A DNA stretch of 62,979 bases, counting the filler, from Rhabdomonas costata (taxonomy: Eukaryota): assembly GCA_019059605.1 (NCBI GenBank). It is 34 parts of 34 records of this genome, joined end to end, with 100 filler letters (N's around TTAATTAATTAA, not from the genome) between each part and the next. Parts side by side here need not be neighbours in the genome. Positions count along the whole stretch, not along the records: positions 1 to 1,757 come from JAHMHO010009520.1; positions 1,858 to 3,614 come from JAHMHO010009521.1; positions 3,715 to 5,471 come from JAHMHO010009522.1; positions 5,572 to 7,327 come from JAHMHO010009523.1; positions 7,428 to 9,183 come from JAHMHO010009524.1; positions 9,284 to 11,039 come from JAHMHO010009525.1; positions 11,140 to 12,895 come from JAHMHO010009526.1; positions 12,996 to 14,751 come from JAHMHO010009527.1; 26 more parts are not named here. The stretch is one strand, 5' to 3'. The notes under the pieces are model-generated. The model saw only the letters and a list, made by a program, of their open reading frames with translations. It searched no databases and was not told the origin of the DNA. The translations under genes were made by a program, and so were the position numbers. How positions within the stretch are numbered: position 1 is the stretch's first letter; each line of letters begins with the position of its first letter. Shown here piece after piece: positions 1-13,350 of the stretch.

Positions 1-1757
1 TTGTTTGGTGAAGCATGTACATTCGTCTCCCACAGGCGCAAAAATGGCAGAAGAATGTACATGCTTCACGAAGAACAAGAACACGACGGAGGTTAGCGCT
101 TGAAAGAAAAAAGCGTGAAAGGCGCACAGCATCTGAGAACGGGAGAGGAGGTGGGAACAGAGGAAGATACAGACTTTACCGTGATCGTCCAATGATTCCG
201 CCGCATCGCACGCAACAGTATGTGGAAAAGGGTGGGAGCACCAAGCAAAAGAATGCAAGAAAGTACTGGTCCTCGGGGAACGGATACAGGAAGAGCCCTT
301 CACGCTGCATACTCCTCAGTTGCGGAAAGCTCCCGAAAGACAGGGGAACAAAACTTCAGATCCGCGACAGCCTGGAAACGGTGCGCACGGCCCCCGGAAG
401 GAGTGGAACTGGATCGGCACAGGGTGCGAGCAAACCACCCCAATAGGACGCTGCTTTTGAGAGCAGGTTCGGATTTCACGCAACCACAAGAAAGCAAGGG
501 CGAAGGAGGACCAAACACGGCAGGGAGGGGGGTGGCCCACTTCCCTTCACAGCACTGTGGAGACACAACTTTGGAGTCTGTGCCACTTCGCAGCTGGAAA
601 GCTCAACGACGAGGGGTGCAAGGTGCAGGCCCTCGCACGGCCATTCCAGAACAAAGTGGACCGCGCGCACTGGAGGACACGTAACCCCAGGAGAGAGAGG
701 TAGACGATGAGAAGTGATTTGAAGACATGCAGTCGCCAGGCATGCAGCGAAGGGCACGGGATCCGCGGCCAATCTTTGGGATCACTGGGTTTGTTCACAG
801 GTGTGGAGTGAATGGGAAGTCGTTCCGAGAAAACAAATTCAAAGGCAGTGGGCGTGGCAAGCCTATGTCCTGCAATCGGAGAGGTTCCAAGCGGCAGGTT
901 TTTCTCAGCAGTATGTACATGGGAAAGCCGCTGCACGACAATGAGCTAAGCATGCGAATACGAGCTGGTAACAGATGAACTACCCGAAAAAAGAATCTGA
1001 AAACACCCACAGGTCGCAAGGCGGGGCCTTCGCAACCTGAAACACCGCCCAGCACGAGCCTGGAATTACCAAGATACGGTGTTACATCACGGGAACAAAG
1101 CACAGTGAACGAGAGGGGACGAGAGCAAAAAGAAAGGCAGCAGGCAAGGGCCAAAAAAAATGAATGACACATCATAAAAATATGAGCCCGGTGTGGACAC
1201 GTACACGCAAGGAGTCATCGCCAAATCGATGACCATACAGTCAAGAGAACCAAGGACAGCATGAATGGGAAGGGAAGGGAAAGGAAGGGAAATGGGAACA
1301 CTGGCAGTGAATTACTACTGCCTGCAATCTAATCCGATTACAACTCCAATGGCCGATGTGAAGAGAGAGATGAGCTAGAAAAGAGGACGCAACAGGAAAA
1401 AATGGCCCGGCCCACAGAGGAGAGCAGTGCGTGTCCCGACCCTGTGGCATTGGCTCCACCACAGGTGCAGATGCTGAACGCTCGCCAAGAGCAGTTGCCA
1501 GAAACATTGGGGGGTAAAAAAAGAAACACGCACTGAAGGCTGCGACAGGGGCAAAGGCTGCGAGTGGAGATGACACACAATGTGAGCAGGAAAAAAACAC
1601 GAGGACGAGGGTGATCACTTAGCAAGCGCGGGACATGCATACGCTCTAGCGAGAAGGAGCAAGGTCACGCGCTGAGTGCGCTTCACCGCAGAAAAAACAT
1701 CAACACGCAACAAAAACTATTGTAAAACTAATGCAGCAAAACTCTTCCCCAACCACA

Positions 1758-1857
1758 NNNNNNNNNNNNNNNNNNNNNNNNNNNNNNNNNNNNNNNNNNN
1801 NTTAATTAATTAANNNNNNNNNNNNNNNNNNNNNNNNNNNNNNNNNNNNNNNNNNNN
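1758..1857. other. Artificial contig linker (first of 33 spacers N44-TTAATTAATTAA-N44, one about every 1.85 kb)
   Basis: The same 12-mer, giving stops in all six frames and flanked by Ns, recurs at 1802, 3659, 5516 ... 61170. Contigs are all about 1.75 kb. Confidence 0.98.
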
Positions 1858-1991
1858 ACTTTGCACGAGCAATTTTTTTGGGTTGCTTTTCAAACGTCAC
1901 TACCGATAAAAATGATTCGCATCTTACAGGAACAACAGGTCCCAGGTGTGCTTCTGACTTAAGCTGAAATGTAACTTTAAAACTTGCCACC

Positions 1992-2996
1992 TGCAGGGGT
2001 ACACTTCCGGCGGACTGACTCGAGAGGTCCTGGGGAATATCAGCGGGTTCCTTGCTTGCTCTCAAGAACTCCTCAGGGATGTCACTCTGGTCGACGCGGA
2101 GCCGTTGCCCAGTGTTTTCCTCGATAAAATCAAGTAGTCTTTCCAAGATTTGTATGGGAGAGTGCTTCCAGATGTCTCGCCACAACGGGGGCCCTGGTAA
2201 AAGACGGGGCACACGCTGCACGTCTCCTCTTTTGAATATCACCATTGACGGGGAGTGAACGGCCTGTGAAAAGAATAAGAGAAACGACCACGACCGCTGT
2301 CAATGATGTGACGGTCGCCTTACCCAAAGCCAAACATTCGATCGATTTCCGCACGACAGAAAAGACACCTTTACTAAGGCTTTCAGCTCAGGACCTTGAG
2401 GAAGAGTGATGTCAACCTTGACTAGAACCAGGCCCGCCGGTCGTTGCTCCAGGAAGAGCTGCCCCAGTTTCTCGATTACGCTTACAAATCTCTGGCACCA
2501 AAAGCAGCTGTAAATGAAAAAGAGTAAATCCAAAGCCATCAACGTTTTCACGTTATACCCCAACGTAACAAGAAACACAAATATAATTTGCTTATCTCGA
2601 TTTTCAGGCGTTGACTACTGTGAACAGCTTTTCTACCGCAAAAAGGAGCGGAACATTTCTCAGCGTATATGGAGATGGTAAAGTATTAAGGAACCACTCT
2701 CGGTCAAAAACTTGGTGAGCTTTGCTCACCGCGGAACAGCAAGCACCCATAATGACACAACTCCACCCAAGAATTCTGCAAGAAGATAATGGCAGAGGAC
2801 ATGTCAGGGGAAAAATTTCCAGCTGATAAAATCACGCCTCAAAACCATCAGCATACCACTTAAAGGTTCAAGAGCTTAAGTGCACATAAAGCGCCTCACA
2901 ACAACACAAACCCGGGAGAATATAGCTCAGCTATGACATCTGCATCTGTTTGGGACACAAAGTCCAGAAACGTCTCCGGCTTCACGTCCACAACTC
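1992..2996 (-). CDS. Thioredoxin/PDI-like domain protein, partial, multi-exon (atypical CFWC motif)
   Basis: Exon 2996-2912 (GVVDVKPETFLDFVSQTDADVIAELYSPG) joins in frame over a GT-AG intron to exon 2507-2369 (CFWCQRFVSVIEKLGQLFLEQRPAGLVLVKVDIT). Downstream block SLPSMVIFKRG resembles the cis-Pro strand, but its splice junction is ambiguous. Confidence 0.65.
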
Positions 2997-5900
2997 CTGA
3001 GGGCATCCGAAAGGCAACAACAGCAACACATGTCTTGGGTGGCCCCACTACCATACACACGATCAGCAAAACTGGACCACTGGGACCACCAACGGTTATT
3101 ATCCGAGAAGTCCTTAACAAAAAAGCGGGAGAAGACATTTTCCCCATTGGCACCGCCAAACTTTAAAGCAGTGGTGCCCAGGTAACTGCAAGGAAGGTTA
3201 CCAAAGGTAGCCCGTGCATTAAGTGTCCCAGGTTGAGCCTTTTCACCAAGAAACGCGACAAGCAGCATCAAGACATCTCCTCACATCTGTTGGTCTTGCG
3301 AGGTTAGACTATTACTGTACTTAGACATATCGTCATATTCACCTCGAAGCCGAGTGTCGGGAGTAAGCACATCCGCAGAATCAGCGCAACAGAGAAGTAC
3401 CGCGCAAAACAGAATTACAAAGAGATGCATTTCAACAAAGAGAAAGGCGTTCTGAACACAGCAAACAAAAAGCAAAGGAAGCAGAAGGTGACCCATTTTG
3501 ATTCACTCCAAGGGAGACACGGAGACAATGGATCACTCTTTTATTGGTAAATTTTTCGAGAAATCTGAAAGGTCAAATCTCACCCGAATTCTCACATCGC
3601 CAATTAAATTCCTANNNNNNNNNNNNNNNNNNNNNNNNNNNNNNNNNNNNNNNNNNNNTTAATTAATTAANNNNNNNNNNNNNNNNNNNNNNNNNNNNNN
3701 NNNNNNNNNNNNNNGTTTTGGTGTTTTCAGTGACTTCCTCACTCTTTTCTCTGTGCCGTGGCGAGAATGTTTTGCATTTCTGGAATATATTATTGCTGTT
3801 AATGTTGTGTCTGCATTTTTCATAGCAAACTGTATACTTTTTGAAACGGCAATTTGATTTGAGCACGGACAAATGCTGGACATTAATTTTTTGGTCCTGG
3901 ACGAACATGAGCTTTTTGGGGGTTTCTGTAGCACTGAGGAATGTTGTCGCTAGCTGTTGCGAAGCGCAAGTCGATGGGGCGGCCATCATTCTCTTTGTCC
4001 GAGAAAATTTTTTTCGGCCGTAAGCGGACCTGTGGCCCACTGGGCTCGCAGGGGCCGTTCGAATTCCGTTGGCACTGGAGACATCATGGGGCTTGTTCAG
4101 AACCTTCTCTGATCCGTTTCTTATCTTTTTTTTTTGAAGTCAATGCCGTTGTGCCTTCTTTTGGGATCTGCGGAGAAGATTACCTGGAGTTAAGCGGATA
4201 TTCCGCTTTAAGGTTAGCTGTTTCGGGCTTCGCACACCATTTGCAGGAGTTGGGCTCCGGTTTTCCGAGGTATTTTTGCGCACCTCGTTTGAACAAGTAC
4301 AAGCCGCAGTGGTCTGCTGTGGTGCTCTGCGGACGGCCCGTTATTATCGAAACGTTTTGCACGAAAGCTGGGGTTCCGCTGCGTTCCTCGCCATTGCATT
4401 GTTCGGTTTCATTATATTCAGCTGCAAGCGGGACATTTTGTTTTTTTTGTTGTTTGTTGTTCTTTCTCTTCTTCCACCTGCACTCACTTCGCTTCCCACC
4501 AAAAGCTGATGCTCTTCTCCAAAGGGAAGACCCCCCCGCCGGGGGTACGTCCTGCGATGCTACTGCTGGGGTTTCTTCTTCTTGCCGTCCTGCCCCACAC
4601 CCCTTCGGCTCAGTCAGGTAGTCGCGGGCCTGGGGCGGGGGGGCGATGCACAACCCTCGCTTGGTGCGTCGTTCCTGTGAATATGCACCTGCGATGTTTT
4701 AACTTGCCACTGGGAAGCGCAGGCAACTGTAACTTGGACCCGTGTAGAGGCATCCCGTTTTCGGCAAACAGCCTGTAAAAATAGTATTTCTCACAATGGT
4801 TTCGTGATGTGTGGGCGTTAGTGAGAAACCAATTAGCAAACCCAATAACTCCACCGTTATCGAATGTGTACGCCTCTCTGCAGTACGGGGCCAGTAGAAA
4901 GCGAATGCACATGTCCACTGAAAGCGATGCAGGTCTCCTCTGGGACGATAGTCGCCTCCTGTGTGGGTAGGAGGGGTTCCCATACGATAGTTGTGGTGAT
5001 GGGGTTCACTTAAGAACGTTATGCATCAAACACATGAGGTTCTGCGTCCTACAAAACCTCTCACAAAGCCTCAGCTGGCGTTTTCAAGTGAGGAGGAGTG
5101 GGAGCGGGACGCACCGTGAGCCGGAGGTTGGGAGGTCCTCAGGAAGTTAGGTAAGTTACATTCCAAAACTCAGAATTGACCCTTTTTACAGCTGAAGTCC
5201 TGGGAACACTATGAAATGCCGCTAGACTGGCATGTGAGGGGGGGGGCGTTAAACGTATAGCACTGCCAACCGTTTAGTGGTGCTGAGCGGTCATAAAGTC
5301 ATAAATTTCCTAGCCCCTCAAATTAAAATGTTTGCCTTGGGGGGAAGAAAAGCAGTATACCTAACCCCATTTTGCTGCAATAAATGCATTTAGAGGTAGT
5401 TGACACAGCTGTGTCAACTACCTCTAAATGCATTTATTGCAGCAAAATGGGGTTAGGTATACTGCTTTTCTNNNNNNNNNNNNNNNNNNNNNNNNNNNNN
5501 NNNNNNNNNNNNNNNTTAATTAATTAANNNNNNNNNNNNNNNNNNNNNNNNNNNNNNNNNNNNNNNNNNNNGTCCAAAGTCTTCCGCAGCAGCAGCAGCA
5601 GCAGCACGAGGAGGAGGAGGAGGAGGAGGGCACGGGAAAAAAGTGAGTAACACACATGAAAGGTGACGTATCTTGGGCAAGGAAAGAACTAGAGGGAACC
5701 AGAGACAGGATGGGCGGGAAATCTAACTATAGTGTTTCAGGGTTTCATTTACCCACAATGGTTGCGATGCCCGCAATTTCATGTGCACCTTGTCTGACAC
5801 AACACAAATTATATGGCTACAGTGGCTATAATGTTAATTTTTGCCATTGTGTACGGCCTCTGCGAAGGACATGTTTTGGTTCAGAAGGCGATGCATAGTC

Positions 5901-6097
5901 TGTAGAGGACTCTGTAGAGGGAGCCACACGGTGACACAGAGACCAAGTTCACTAAGGTCAGCAGTGCTCAAGGAGCTGCTCAGGTTGCTGACCTGAGTAC
6001 CTCAGTACACCTTAGTGCACCTCAGTACGAGGTATGGAGGAGGGGGAAAGCACTACGTCACCGCACACTCGCACTCACTTTCGCACTGTTCGGCAGC

Positions 6098-7320
6098 GCG
6101 GCCTCTGGGCTTCCATTGGCGGAGTTTCTTCGGTTCATGGCCATCCGAGCGGAGCTTCTGCTGCTTCTGGGGCGGCCTGTGGAGGCCCTGGCGGTGGACC
6201 GCGAGGTCGCCGCCGCGGTGGCACAGGGCGGGACCCGAGTCTCGGGATGCTGCGCCGCAGTGGACACCCTGGCGATGCTGAACTCCGAGGTGGGGCTGCA
6301 GGTCGGGCTGTTTCAACGCAGGCTGGTATCTGGCCTTTGGGAAAGAGGGCAGAGGGTTTGCGCTTTTCATTGGGAATTCAAACGGCAAACGAAACACGTC
6401 CCGAGCGGCCTGACCACTAATATTGCTGTGGCCACCAGGAGGTCGCCCACTTTTTGGAGCAGGTTGTGACAAAACTGAACGCTTTTCGACTTTAGACAGG
6501 TTTTGGGGGAGCGAAATAAACCCGCCTCCGGGAAATAATTACAAGGTGGATGGATGGTGGATGGTCTCGTAGAGGTAGGGTGAGATCGATAACATTTGGA
6601 ACAAATATTTGGAAATGCTTTGTTTGTTAACTATACGAATGATTGAAAAACCAGGGCGGAAGCGCAGCAAAAAGCAACCTGAAACCTTTCGGGGGGGGGG
6701 GTTCTACCTCGACGCGGCTGGAAAACTTGGCAAGGCGTTTGGCCATTTCTTGGGTGGTCACTTATCCCTTGTGTTGGTTTTTTAACTCTAATCACTGCCA
6801 ATCCATCTGTCGTTGTCACCTCGCAGCAGGTTTCCAGTGTGTGCAATGTGGATACCTGTGGTCCCTGTGTTGTGGTGGGGTCCCTCAAGTGACAACAAGT
6901 GACAACCCCTTCGCTTTCACATCCCCACCGTGGCACCATTTTACAGCACGCCTCCACTTGTAGGCCTTGACGTGTTCCGGCTATAAGGCTACCCTGGCAC
7001 ACCATGGTCCAGCCGGCCATTGTTTAACCTATAGGCCTCCAAAACGGCTACTGGAAGGCCTGTCGCGGAACGTCTGGTGTCTCGACGGCGGCAACTTCAT
7101 TACGACGCTTGCGGGATAAAACTAAAATTTCTTTCCTCACTCCGGTTACATCTTTTCCACCTAAAGATGATTTCTTACCCTTCCCCTCAGTTGGAGAGTC
7201 TGCTTGGCTTCTACGCCGGCCAAGCTGCCGACCTGCGGCCCACTCCGGAGCTCAGCTCAGCTCTACTCTCCTTGTGCGACTCCGCCCGCACGGCGCTCTC
7301 CGCCCACCCGATGGAGGCCA
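6098..7320 (+). CDS. Hypothetical helical (TPR-like) protein, two internal exons
   Basis: GC-rich exon ...RAELLLLLGRPVEALAVDRE...AMLNSE|gt (to about 6289) joins in phase 0 to cag|LESLLGFYAGQAADL... at 7191. No family recognised. Confidence 0.35.
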
Positions 7321-9283
7321 CACCACANNNNNNNNNNNNNNNNNNNNNNNNNNNNNNNNNNNNNNNNNNNNTTAATTAATTAANNNNNNNNNNNNNNNNN
7401 NNNNNNNNNNNNNNNNNNNNNNNNNNNTGTGTGGTGGGTAAATTTTTTCAGTGATGCTGCTTTTGTGGTTTTTCCTGTGAGTACAAGGTGCTGCTAAGAC
7501 CTTTTTTGCTGTGTGGGTTGCCCAAAAGCCGTGAACATGTGAGGTATTCCGCACCGGTAATGTATTGCGAAGTCTTGTAATATCTCTCTTACCATTTTTG
7601 AGTGCTCTCTTACACTCACAGTGTGTGCTTGTGTGTCTGCTTGCCATTTTCTGTTTGAGTTTCGGTCCGAGACCGGCGCGTGTGAATTTTTCATGTGTAC
7701 TTTACCTTTGTCTGCGGTGATGACGCGGCCCGTGCGAAAGTTTACTCTCGATTTTCTTGACCTGGGTTAGGATTGTGGATTATCTTGTCCCTCTATAGGA
7801 AGCGTGCACTCTGGATCGTAAAACCTCAAAAAGCAGAACAGGCGGTTGGAATTTCTGCACCGGCCCTGCTCGGTGGATGTCCAGTGAGTTCCTGCAAACT
7901 GCTTTTAATCGTGCCCTCCGTATTGCTCAGTATCCCATGTGCCGTTCGGGGTCGCACTTTCCACGCATCCCATGTCACGCTTCGGGGTGAACTTGTCCCC
8001 TGTTCGTTTTTGTGGAAAAATGGCAGAAAAAAGTGGAAAACTTCACGCCTCTTGTATCGAGCTGTGCCTCTCGGCTGTTATCGTTAGTTTAAGAATTGTC
8101 TTGCTTGCGCAGGGAGTTGTGTTTTTAGAGGAAGGCGAGGTATTGCGTCTTTCTTGCATCGGGACTCGAATGGGACAGATCTTTATTTTTCTGAGTGGGT
8201 ATCGTATGGCAGTCTCGGTAGAGTTTCAGACCTTTGTGGCGCTAGACAGCCCCTACTCAGAAGGTGCTCCCTTCCCTTTCTTCTTACCACTGCTAAACGC
8301 ACCACCACTGGCAAAACACACACAACCTCAATTGCACCAGCTTGATTTCTCGTACGCCACAGCAGGCGTACGCCTTCTTGGAAGTGGGGTGCTGCCCGCA
8401 TTTCGCGAGGCACACCGCGGCTGCTTGTTGCTTTTCTGATGTCTTGAAACGTATTATTACCACTGGTAATGACTGAAGGGATATGTGCTTTGCAAGGGGT
8501 TGCTGCCTCTCAGGTTTTGTCCAGGATGCCAAGATCCAACGCGCTTTCGTCTTTGTGTATTTGTTTTTTTTTTTCATATTTATCGTACGTGAACCCGCAC
8601 TACCACCACCTTGACGCACAAGTAAACGCATATTATATAAGGATATGTGCACGTGGGATTCCAATAGAAGATAGCAGGGGTTTAGAGAGCAGATCCCGAG
8701 GGATTCCGAATACCCAAATTTTTCAGGGGGTAGCATTTCCACGGGCTGAGGTGCTTTGTGGGGCTTTCTGGAGGTGGAAGTTAGTCATGCCGTTGTTCTC
8801 ATATATTATGTCCACTGAGCTTTGCCATTGGCAATCATGGTTACCTCAGCCCGTACCCCACAACTGGCGTTGCATTAAGCCCTTCGACCCTCTGTCAGGC
8901 TTCTTTTCCTGCTTTCGCATCAGATCTGACGGCCATGGAAGGTGTCGTCACGTTGTGGATCGCCGCCGCCTTTCCGGGGGGACAGCTCCGCTGGCTGTGC
9001 CAGGCCAGCCACAGCACAACCTCCTCCTCCACTTCCTCCTTCTCGCCCTCCTCGGAGCTTCTGCTGTCCCTGGACAGCAGGGCCCCCACGGTGGCGGGGA
9101 GGTCCTTGCGGGGCTCGCGGCTTCCGGGGCTGGTGCCCGTGCTGACCGCCGTCCCCGCGCCCGCTGGGCAGCCCACACACACANNNNNNNNNNNNNNNNN
9201 NNNNNNNNNNNNNNNNNNNNNNNNNNNTTAATTAATTAANNNNNNNNNNNNNNNNNNNNNNNNNNNNNNNNNNNNNNNNNNNN

Positions 9284-11039
9284 TTGTTGGGTGTGTTGGG
9301 TGCTTATACACTTCCTATGCCACCAATTTTCAAACGTTGTAGACCTCTTTGTCTTGCAAGTTGCTCCAAACTTAGATCGTAAACAAACCTCTTCTACCAC
9401 GTATACACTTAAATTATATTGCCTAAAAATAGCATGGATCATACATCAGTTTCAAGATCTCATTGAACTGTTTCCATACATTTAATGCAGAAGATGTGCG
9501 CTGCATCGACGTACATATGTGAATAAGTCTTGACCAGTAGTTAATCCAGGCAGCTACTGCAGCTTGATGTTAATGGAGTACGTGTTTCCATGCTTCGCAG
9601 TCACACCACAGGTGCTGAAATCTGGCTTATCGTTGTAGCAGTGCGCGAAGCATGTAGATGTAGGTATTGTGTTCCGAGCTGTGCAGCCTGTACTGATTCC
9701 AGAAGTTATACATGAAGATGCAGAGGATAACACATGCCACAAATGAGGAGCTCGTGATCCAGCTAGCACCAGTGGATGACTTGTAAATTCCATTTTCTAT
9801 GACCAACAAGTTGTTGGGCCCAAGATCACTTGCATATTTCAATTTGCAAAGACCTAAGGCGTGACGTACAGCATATGCACACACCGCGGCCGCAATTTTC
9901 TGCAGGTCTAAGTAAGTTTATGATGTGGTCACATTCAACTAGTATGCTCATGTCCACTCCAGGGGGTGCGGTGCATCCATTATGAGTACTGCGTGACTTC
10001 AAGAGCCTAAGCTATGTATAGCGCTAATTTAAATGATTATATGCGTCCTGAAAACTCCTATATGGCACAACATGTTGCGAAACAACCTGATGAACTGGAG
10101 TATACAGAGTCAGAACAACATTCATGCGCACGCTCTTCTTCAATCAACCAAATAGTCCCAACAATGCGGATCCATCAACTGCCAACTAATTTCTCACCCC
10201 AAAATATTCCACCTATGGAAGTAAAAGGTTTTTGTCGCCTTACAACCAGTAAAATGTGTATGTAACTCAGCGCATTTAGCTCAGCCTGAAAACACACACC
10301 GAAGGCCATTGGCACCGTATTTGTAACAACAGATTGCAGTGCAAGTGCTTCTTGTATGGATGAAACAAGATGTGCCAGTATCTGCTGATTTTTAACGGCA
10401 GAAAGCATGGATATATTGTATAACATGTAATGAGGTCAATGTTCAATAGTATGTACAGATTCAGATGTTTATTGCGCTGCATCTCGAGCGTGGACCGGCG
10501 AGAAGAATTGTGGATTCACCGCAGAGATAAATGTTTGGCAAATTGTCTGTGAATCTCGTAGCACAGCAGGTAATACATCCAGTACTACAATGTTCAAACC
10601 TGTGAAAGCATCTCATTTTATTGGAATGTGCAATTATTCTGCGACGTACTGAGCTTCATCACGTTCTGGAACTCCAATTAATTAAACTACGACAGTGTGG
10701 AGAATACTTCAACCTCTAAAGCATCTGTGTGCAACATAAAAGGCTTTCCTTGTACTTGTTAATGAGTACTGTATCCTTCAACAGACAATATTTCAGCAAC
10801 TGAAAATTCCAATGCTGCGCTGGTATGCCCACTGTAGGCCATTGGCTTGATCATAGAAAACTCTGTTACAGAGTACAAACAAGCCAAATGTACAAAATAT
10901 TATCAAAACGTGAATTCAGCAAGATGTCGCCACCGTGACAGTAAACTACAGTTTATCATGAATAACTAAAGCTCATCAACGAGTTCAAGGATATTTTTAG
11001 GAGAATTGACAGCCAGAATTGAGAAAATTACCAAAACAA
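9284..11039 (-). pseudogene. Possible heavily decayed retroelement sequence
   Basis: AT-richer contig without clean exons. Stop-riddled minus-strand translations include QHLWCDCEAW (zf-RVT-like) and a CSDS RNase H-like motif. Weak evidence. Confidence 0.22.
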
Positions 11040-13350
11040 NNNNNNNNNNNNNNNNNNNNNNNNNNNNNNNNNNNNNNNNNNNNTTAATTAATTAANNNNN
11101 NNNNNNNNNNNNNNNNNNNNNNNNNNNNNNNNNNNNNNNCTGTAGGGTTTGTGGTGTACGGTGTTAGGGTGCGCCGGGGCGAAAAGCAGAGTGGAAGGGA
11201 TGGTTGCAGGGGACGTTGACCTGAGTGAGGGGCCCTGCTCGAGCCAGGGCGCGCAGTCTGCACCTGCAAAATGGCCAATCCGATAAACTCATCAACATCC
11301 CCTTCTCACAACAACAAATATTGAAGGAGAGAGAGAGGGAAGGCCATGAAAGCCTGCGGTTTGGTCCCAACACAGAGGTGCAGGACTGGATGACCTAAAA
11401 ATCTCAGGTTTAATGTGAAGCGGGCATGTGGTGCGTACCTCGGGCTTTCCTTCAGTTGGCTGCTGCTGTTTCAAGATCCTTCTTGCAGACGGGACTGCAT
11501 GAGTGCCGTCCTGTGCCCGCAGCGGCAAAGGCTTGACTGGGCTCGACCAAGTCCCCTCGGGCTCCTTCGCCGGAACGGGCGAGGACTGCCGTGTGCCTGG
11601 CGTCTCCTGCACCACGCTGGAGAACTGCAGGTGGACATCCTCAGCTTCCGCTGGGGCCTTTGCCCGGTGTGAGGTGGCGCCTTTCCCTGTGGAGAGGTCT
11701 GACTTCTGAGCCTTCGACACGGCGCGCGGGCGCGGGCCTGAGGAGTACACTGTGGTGAAGTACTCGGCGAGGCCCTTCTCCCGCACACTGAGCTGCTCCA
11801 TCTGCTGGCACAGCAGCTGTCGCAGCGACCGAGCAGCCATTAGGAATGAGCGTTGAAGGCGCAAGGAAAACCGAATTCAGGGTTAGAGCAAGAGCGACGT
11901 CATCGGTGGCTCATGAAAGAAAAGAGTGAACGAAACATACGGACTTCCATTAAGACATGCAAAGATCTGTGCAACAAGAGTGCACAGTATTGAGCGTCGA
12001 ATAGAAGTATTTCGCGGGAAACGGAGCAGCCAACATCACACAACAGAGTTGAGCCCTCTGACAGTTACAACCTCTGATAGGAGCACCCATCATCACAGAG
12101 CGTTGAATTTCAAAAGAAATTGGCGTATGTTACACGAAGAATGAGCGTATTGTCTCCACTGCACAAGCCGAAGCAAAACGTTTTTCCAACGGCATTGTGG
12201 CATTGCGTCCTTCAATCCGGCGCCCACAACCAGCTGGAAGGTGAAACTCCTCGTAGCAACTGCCCTAAGCCTCGTAGCCTAACCCTAAGCCGATAGCAAT
12301 GTGCAAACCGGTGGTCACCACGCCAGCGAACTTTCCTTTTATCCACTACACTACCATTGGACGTGCACAGAAGACGGGCCATGGTCCTGCGTGGAGCTGT
12401 TGGCTTGACACCGGGGCAGGCGTTTTCCGAACTGACCCCTCAGTAAGGCACCAGCTGACCGGGGTAAAGAGTCTCAGCATCAAGAAAGCACATGACATAC
12501 TGACATGCAAGGGTGCCCCATTCAATCACTGAAGTTTCCAATAACTTACAACTCAGGACTGAGATTTATTTGCAACCCCACCTAGGAGCTGGGGTGGGTT
12601 TCCGGGTAAAGAATTCGTGGAGCGGCAGCAGGTGCCATGACGGCGGCCTCGTTGGCAGCCGATACGGTAGATGAGTCGAGAAGCTGCAAAAAGAAAAAGG
12701 GTGATGCGGAGCTCAACAGAGAAGAGAAAAAACTGCAGAGCAGGGAGGGGCCAGGTGCTGTGTTGACCTCATTTTGTGTGCAACCATTAAAGCGCTCAAG
12801 GGACCGGCATTCAGGGTCTGCTGTAGGAAGACGGGGTGTCGGGGATAGGTCACGCGAGCGAAAAGAGGGAGCTCAGGAGTTCTTTACCCCAAAACNNNNN
12901 NNNNNNNNNNNNNNNNNNNNNNNNNNNNNNNNNNNNNNNTTAATTAATTAANNNNNNNNNNNNNNNNNNNNNNNNNNNNNNNNNNNNNNNNNNNNGTTTG
13001 TTTTGTCCGACCGCGCCTTCGTTGTTCGAGGCTGTGCTTAGAGGATTCTTTCTGTGATTCAGGAGCATTGATGGGGCTGCGTTTTCGATCCCGAAGTTCA
13101 CCGCTGTGGCTATCGCGGCCGTAGGGTGCACACCTGCAACTGTGAGCTTTCTCATCCTCACTAACTGACGGGGCACGCCGCCGTTTCCAGCCCACTTCTC
13201 AACACATCCGTGCATCTGTGAGGGCACTGGAGGACAGAAGACAGGAGACATCAGTCCCACCTCAGCCAGTGCACTTTGCCTTTCAGCCACGCACGCACAA
13301 ACGGGTGGAAAATGGTGGGACGTGGAAAGGACCTTTTCTGTTGCTCATAG

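Noticed and set aside
1..1757. Many overlapping 60-150 aa ORFs here and throughout the track
   Set aside because: No recognisable motifs. Expected by chance in GC-rich intronic or antisense DNA when alternative starts are allowed.
5346..5471. Perfect 126-bp palindrome (hairpin telomere or foldback element?)
   Set aside because: It sits exactly at a contig end, like at least seven other inverted duplications (14513-14751, 18566-18735, 27562-27735, 29463-29587, 29694-29901, 31548-31700, 51691-51852), several cutting through coding exons. Typical template-switch chimeras of whole-genome amplification.
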